This document shows, in pieces, positions 61,323 through 64,000 of a stretch of 64,000 nucleotides of DNA. How positions within the stretch are numbered: the stretch's first letter is position 1; every line of letters starts with the position of its first letter. The notes beneath the pieces are model-generated. The model saw only the letters and a program-made list of their open reading frames with translations. It was not told the origin of the DNA and did no database searches. A program made the translations under genes and the position numbers. The stretch spans positions 150,192-214,191 of the forward strand of contig JACPHT010000008.1 of NCBI GenBank assembly GCA_016188475.1. Direction: 5' to 3'. Source of the DNA: Candidatus Uhrbacteria bacterium. GTDB lineage: Bacteria; Patescibacteriota; Patescibacteriia; UBA9934; GWF2-40-263.

Positions 61323-61344
61323 AGATCCAGCTGAGCTACGAGCG
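61323..61344 (-). other. 22-nt duplicate of the 5' end of the tRNA-Arg (one mismatch); a pseudo-tRNA or att-like remnant
   Basis: tccagctgagctacgagcgc vs tccagctgagctacgggcgc, 62 bp apart. Confidence 0.5.
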
Positions 61345-61384
61345 CAGACACAAGCCAACAGATCGCCAATTTTGGAGGTTTTGC

Positions 61385-61900
61385 CTAAAGTTTATACATG
61401 CGACGAGCTATATCTGTCAACCGCTCTTCCTTTCGATTCAAATTTTCTGCACAAAACGGCAGTAAAGATGTACGAACCTGGTTTGGATCCATTTCCTCAA
61501 GAGGAATTGAAAGCATGGGATGCCATCTGTTTTGAAAATCAACGTATAAAATCTTCGTAACTGGCGGATCGTAGATAATAGAAAAATCACGAATCGCATC
61601 AAAGTCATAGTATGTATCATCAATCAAAACACCTGTTGAAGTAATCATGACAGGCACTCGGTCTGGTTCTTTGAAACTTGAAATAAGCATTATCACTCCG
61701 ACCATCAGAATAATCACGGCAAATAAAAAGTTAGCTGTTGCAATCGCATATACAATAAGGGCCACCCCAACTAAAACAGCAACAATATACCAAGTCCTAG
61801 AGCGCTCATGTCGTGGATATTCATCAACTTCCCACTCAAGGATCGGTTCACCGATATCAAAGCTTTGTTCTGTTTGTGATGTTATATTTTGTTCTTCCAT
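61385..61900 (-). CDS. hypothetical 2-TM membrane protein
   Basis: ORF. Confidence 0.4.
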   Translation of the reverse strand: MEEQNITSQTEQSFDIGEPILEWEVDEYPRHERSRTWYIVAVLVGVALIVYAIATANFLFAVIILMVGVIMLISSFKEPDRVPVMITSTGVLIDDTYYDFDAIRDFSIIYDPPVTKILYVDFQNRWHPMLSIPLEEMDPNQVRTSLLPFCAENLNRKEERLTDIARRMYKL

Positions 61901-61984
61901 ACAAAAGATATTTTATCACAAATAAGAAAGAATGAAAAAACATCTTTATCAAAAAACCCGGAACTAATCCGAGTATATTTTATG

Positions 61985-62073
61985 TGGCGGAGAGGGCGAG
62001 ATTCGAACTCGCGAGGGCTATTAACCCTGACAGTTTTCAAGACTGTTGCCGTAAACCGCTTGGCTACCTCTCC
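61985..62073 (-). tRNA. tRNA-Ser (anticodon TGA), type II with a long variable arm
   Basis: GGAGAGG...ACAGT/CTTGAAA/ACTGT...GAGTTCGAATCTCGCCCTCTCCGCCA. Confidence 0.85.
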
Positions 62074-62149
62074 GTGTTTGATAAGTGTTCGAGTTAACTG
62101 ACGGATCTGTATCCAGTTCAATCAAGCCAAGCAGTTGGCTTCATTGAAC

Positions 62150-62244
62150 TGGCGGAGAGGGAGGGATTTGAACCCTCGCGCCGGTTTTAACACCGACCTA
62201 GGAGATTAGCAATCTCCCCCCTTCAGCCTCTTGGGTACCTCTCC
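62150..62244 (-). tRNA. tRNA-Ser (anticodon GCT), type II
   Basis: GGAGAGGTACCCAAGAGGC...GGAGA/TTGCTAA/TCTCC...GGGTTCAAATCCCTCCCTCTCCGCCA. Confidence 0.85.
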
Positions 62245-62289
62245 AAATGTGTGAGCAAGATACATTATTTAGAGAATAAAATCAAGGTT

Positions 62290-63036
62290 TTACATATTCC
62301 CTTTCGCGATCACGAGTCCCCACACGCTTTTCACACCATTCTCTTTCAAACATCGAGCCGCGGAATCCATTGTCGCACCGGATGTAAAAACATCATCGCA
62401 CAACACAACTTTTTCTGGTAACGAAGAGATCCTTCGGCCTTCGGCCTCAGGATGACAATCGGATGTATTTGTCACGTTAGGATTAATCGCAAACAATCCA
62501 TCAAGCTCGCCTAGTTTTCTTACTTCGTGAGATTTTTGCGCCTGTGAAGATGTCTGGCGAGTTCGAACCAATAAATCGTAAACGGGTTGATTATAAATCT
62601 GTCCGCACCAATCTGCCAAAACTCCTGCCTGATCAAAACCACGTGATCGTGTTTTGAAACGGTGAAGAGGAACCGGCGCAAAAACAAAATTTGAAAACGG
62701 TGGTTGAAGCGCTGGAGCTGCTCGAATAATCCATCGAAACAAAACATCGTTCACTGTTTTGTCGCAGATATATTTCCATTGATGAATCGCTTCGCGCACG
62801 ACCGGATTTCCGTAATGAGCAAAAACAGAAAGCCCATCTAAAAAACTTTCGCTTCGACAATCTGAACAAACAAACGACATCGAACCTTTTCCGCAAAACG
62901 GACAACCAAATCGAACTGGTGCCGGCCACCAAGTTGTCGAACATGTTAAACACCAAAGGGTGCCCTCAGTGTGGCACCCTAAACAAAAACGCGGAAATAG
63001 AGAATTTATTGCCAGTTGGCCGATGTGACTTTCCAT
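62290..63036 (-). CDS. comFC: ComF family phosphoribosyltransferase-like competence protein
   Basis: N-terminal Cys-rich zinc finger; C-terminal PRTase motif VVLCDDVFTSGAT. Confidence 0.75.
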   Translation of the reverse strand: MESHIGQLAINSLFPRFCLGCHTEGTLWCLTCSTTWWPAPVRFGCPFCGKGSMSFVCSDCRSESFLDGLSVFAHYGNPVVREAIHQWKYICDKTVNDVLFRWIIRAAPALQPPFSNFVFAPVPLHRFKTRSRGFDQAGVLADWCGQIYNQPVYDLLVRTRQTSSQAQKSHEVRKLGELDGLFAINPNVTNTSDCHPEAEGRRISSLPEKVVLCDDVFTSGATMDSAARCLKENGVKSVWGLVIAKGNM

Positions 63037-63584
63037 ACACCTTCAAGCCTAACAAGTTCAAGCAAGATTTCTTGATTTTCAACATTTGTGTTTTGTGGGG
63101 AATCTTTTGAAATTTGTCTCTGTGTGTTTAATCGAATCGTTGCAAAACCTTTTGTTTCATCAATATTTTCAACAGTGATAATCAGGACCTTCGTAGTCAC
63201 TCCATAATATGTTTCAGGAATAGTGGATTTTGAAATTATATTTTTCGTTTCTTCCGCAAAAGCAGGAGTCATAAGCGGAAGTACATCTATCAAATTCTGA
63301 AAATTAGCTTCGTTTGAATAACTCCCGTATCGCTCAACGAACATCTTTGCAACAGAAGTGACTCCGGCGGCCTGATTTCGAGTGTCTTGTTCTTGTTTGA
63401 GTTGCTGTTCTTTAAGAGTTGGTTGTGTTGTTGTTTCTTCATTCGTTTGAGAAGTTTCAACTGTTTTTTCAACTGTAACTGGTTTTTCAGGACGAGACAA
63501 AAACCACAAAAACCACAAAATCAACAATAAAAGAACGAGCACAATCAAACCGATAATTGTTAATCGCATTTTACGTGTTGTCAT
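63006..63584 (-). CDS. hypothetical TM-anchored, Thr/Gln-rich protein
   Basis: ORF. Confidence 0.35.
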   Translation of the reverse strand: MTTRKMRLTIIGLIVLVLLLLILWFLWFLSRPEKPVTVEKTVETSQTNEETTTQPTLKEQQLKQEQDTRNQAAGVTSVAKMFVERYGSYSNEANFQNLIDVLPLMTPAFAEETKNIISKSTIPETYYGVTTKVLIITVENIDETKGFATIRLNTQRQISKDSPQNTNVENQEILLELVRLEGVWKVTSANWQ

Positions 63585-64000
63585 AATGTTTCTTTAGCTT
63601 CTGCAACTTCTTTAGCTTCTCCAGCTTCTTGAGCTTCTTCGCTCTCCTCGAATTCTTTCTTCGCTCGTTCTATTTCGAGTAGTTGCTGTGGACTCGTTGT
63701 GACAAGCTGATCTTCTGTGTACGAAGCTACAACTTTAATTGCCGCGTGTTTTTGTCCTGCAAAGAAAATCCCTTCTCCAACACCGGATTCAAGCAATAAA
63801 TATTTTTCACCATCTGTAAGATTAAAAGTTTTTTGAATAAGATCAATCGATGATGGCGATTGTTTTAATAAGAGTTGCAAAGCGGAGTTAGTTACAATCG
63901 CCTGCCCATACGGCGAGCGCAAAAAGTCATTCACGTCTTGGGTGATAGTCGTAACTCCAAGCCAATACTTTCGCGCGCGTTTAACAAGCGCGAAAATAAA
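63581..64000 (-). CDS. Probable C-terminal part of a larger protein running off the window end; its tail is reminiscent of VirB4/TrbE-like transfer ATPase C-termini; acidic EAGEA tail
   Basis: TFNLTDGEKYLLLESGVGEGIFFAGQKHAAIKVVASYTEDQLVTTSPQQL; the frame may stay open to the window edge. Confidence 0.3.
   Translation of the reverse strand, partial: FIFALVKRARKYWLGVTTITQDVNDFLRSPYGQAIVTNSALQLLLKQSPSSIDLIQKTFNLTDGEKYLLLESGVGEGIFFAGQKHAAIKVVASYTEDQLVTTSPQQLLEIERAKKEFEESEEAQEAGEAKEVAEAKETL

Noticed and set aside
61118-61369. 83-aa ORF overlapping the tRNA-Arg
   Set aside because: It lies entirely over a tRNA gene and its duplicated fragment. Spurious.

Overview
The window is AT-rich (roughly high-30s % GC by eye) and densely packed with short housekeeping genes. 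Several features are typical of a CPR/Patescibacteria-like small genome (inference, unchecked): a DUF3048 protein, a VirB2-like pilin fused to an amidase, and split ribosomal operons. All product calls below are by eye from the translations; no database search was run.

Recognisable genes include gap (partial), tsf, rpsB, queA, rpmE, prfA, prmC, rplY, ftsW/rodA, gyrB, secE, nusG, rplK, rplA, gatB, miaA, miaB, thrS, dnaE, pheT, pheS, rseP, tyrS, a phosphohexomutase, lemA, htpX, clpC, radA, recG and comFC, plus three tRNAs. There is also a pyrimidine-deoxynucleotide island: dcd, a dCMP deaminase fused to a deoxyribosyltransferase-like domain, a DHFR-like reductase, thyA, dut and tmk.

Four things stand out.

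1. A GC-rich, roughly 1.15 kb region with many tetraloop hairpins, its own promoter and terminator, and no ORF sits between prfA and prmC. I read it as a large structured ncRNA; it is the strongest candidate for something undescribed.

2. At least six families of short repeat or palindromic elements are scattered through the window:
- a long-stem hairpin family with a conserved 38-nt core and covarying stems (3 copies);
- a 38-bp perfect palindrome (3 copies), two of which bracket a wHTH + Cas2-like ORF;
- a GTCATTGCGAG...CTCGCAATGAC nested palindrome (3 copies);
- a TTGCCTGAGCCTGTCGAAGGC unit (3 tandem copies plus 1);
- an acidic EAGEA/EAEEV DNA motif appended to gene 3' ends;
- 9-bp (GGTCNGAAA)n tandem repeats inserted in frame into queA, miaA, dnaE and pheT.

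3. Several GC-richer islets of hypothetical genes sit next to these repeats, which suggests horizontal acquisition. One islet gene has had its start codon split off by a complete IS481-family insertion sequence flanked by a 5-bp target duplication.

4. A pilus/T4SS-like surface module (TM protein, TolB-like propeller, DsbA-like, pilin-amidase fusion) and a possible VirB4-like C-terminal fragment at the window edge.
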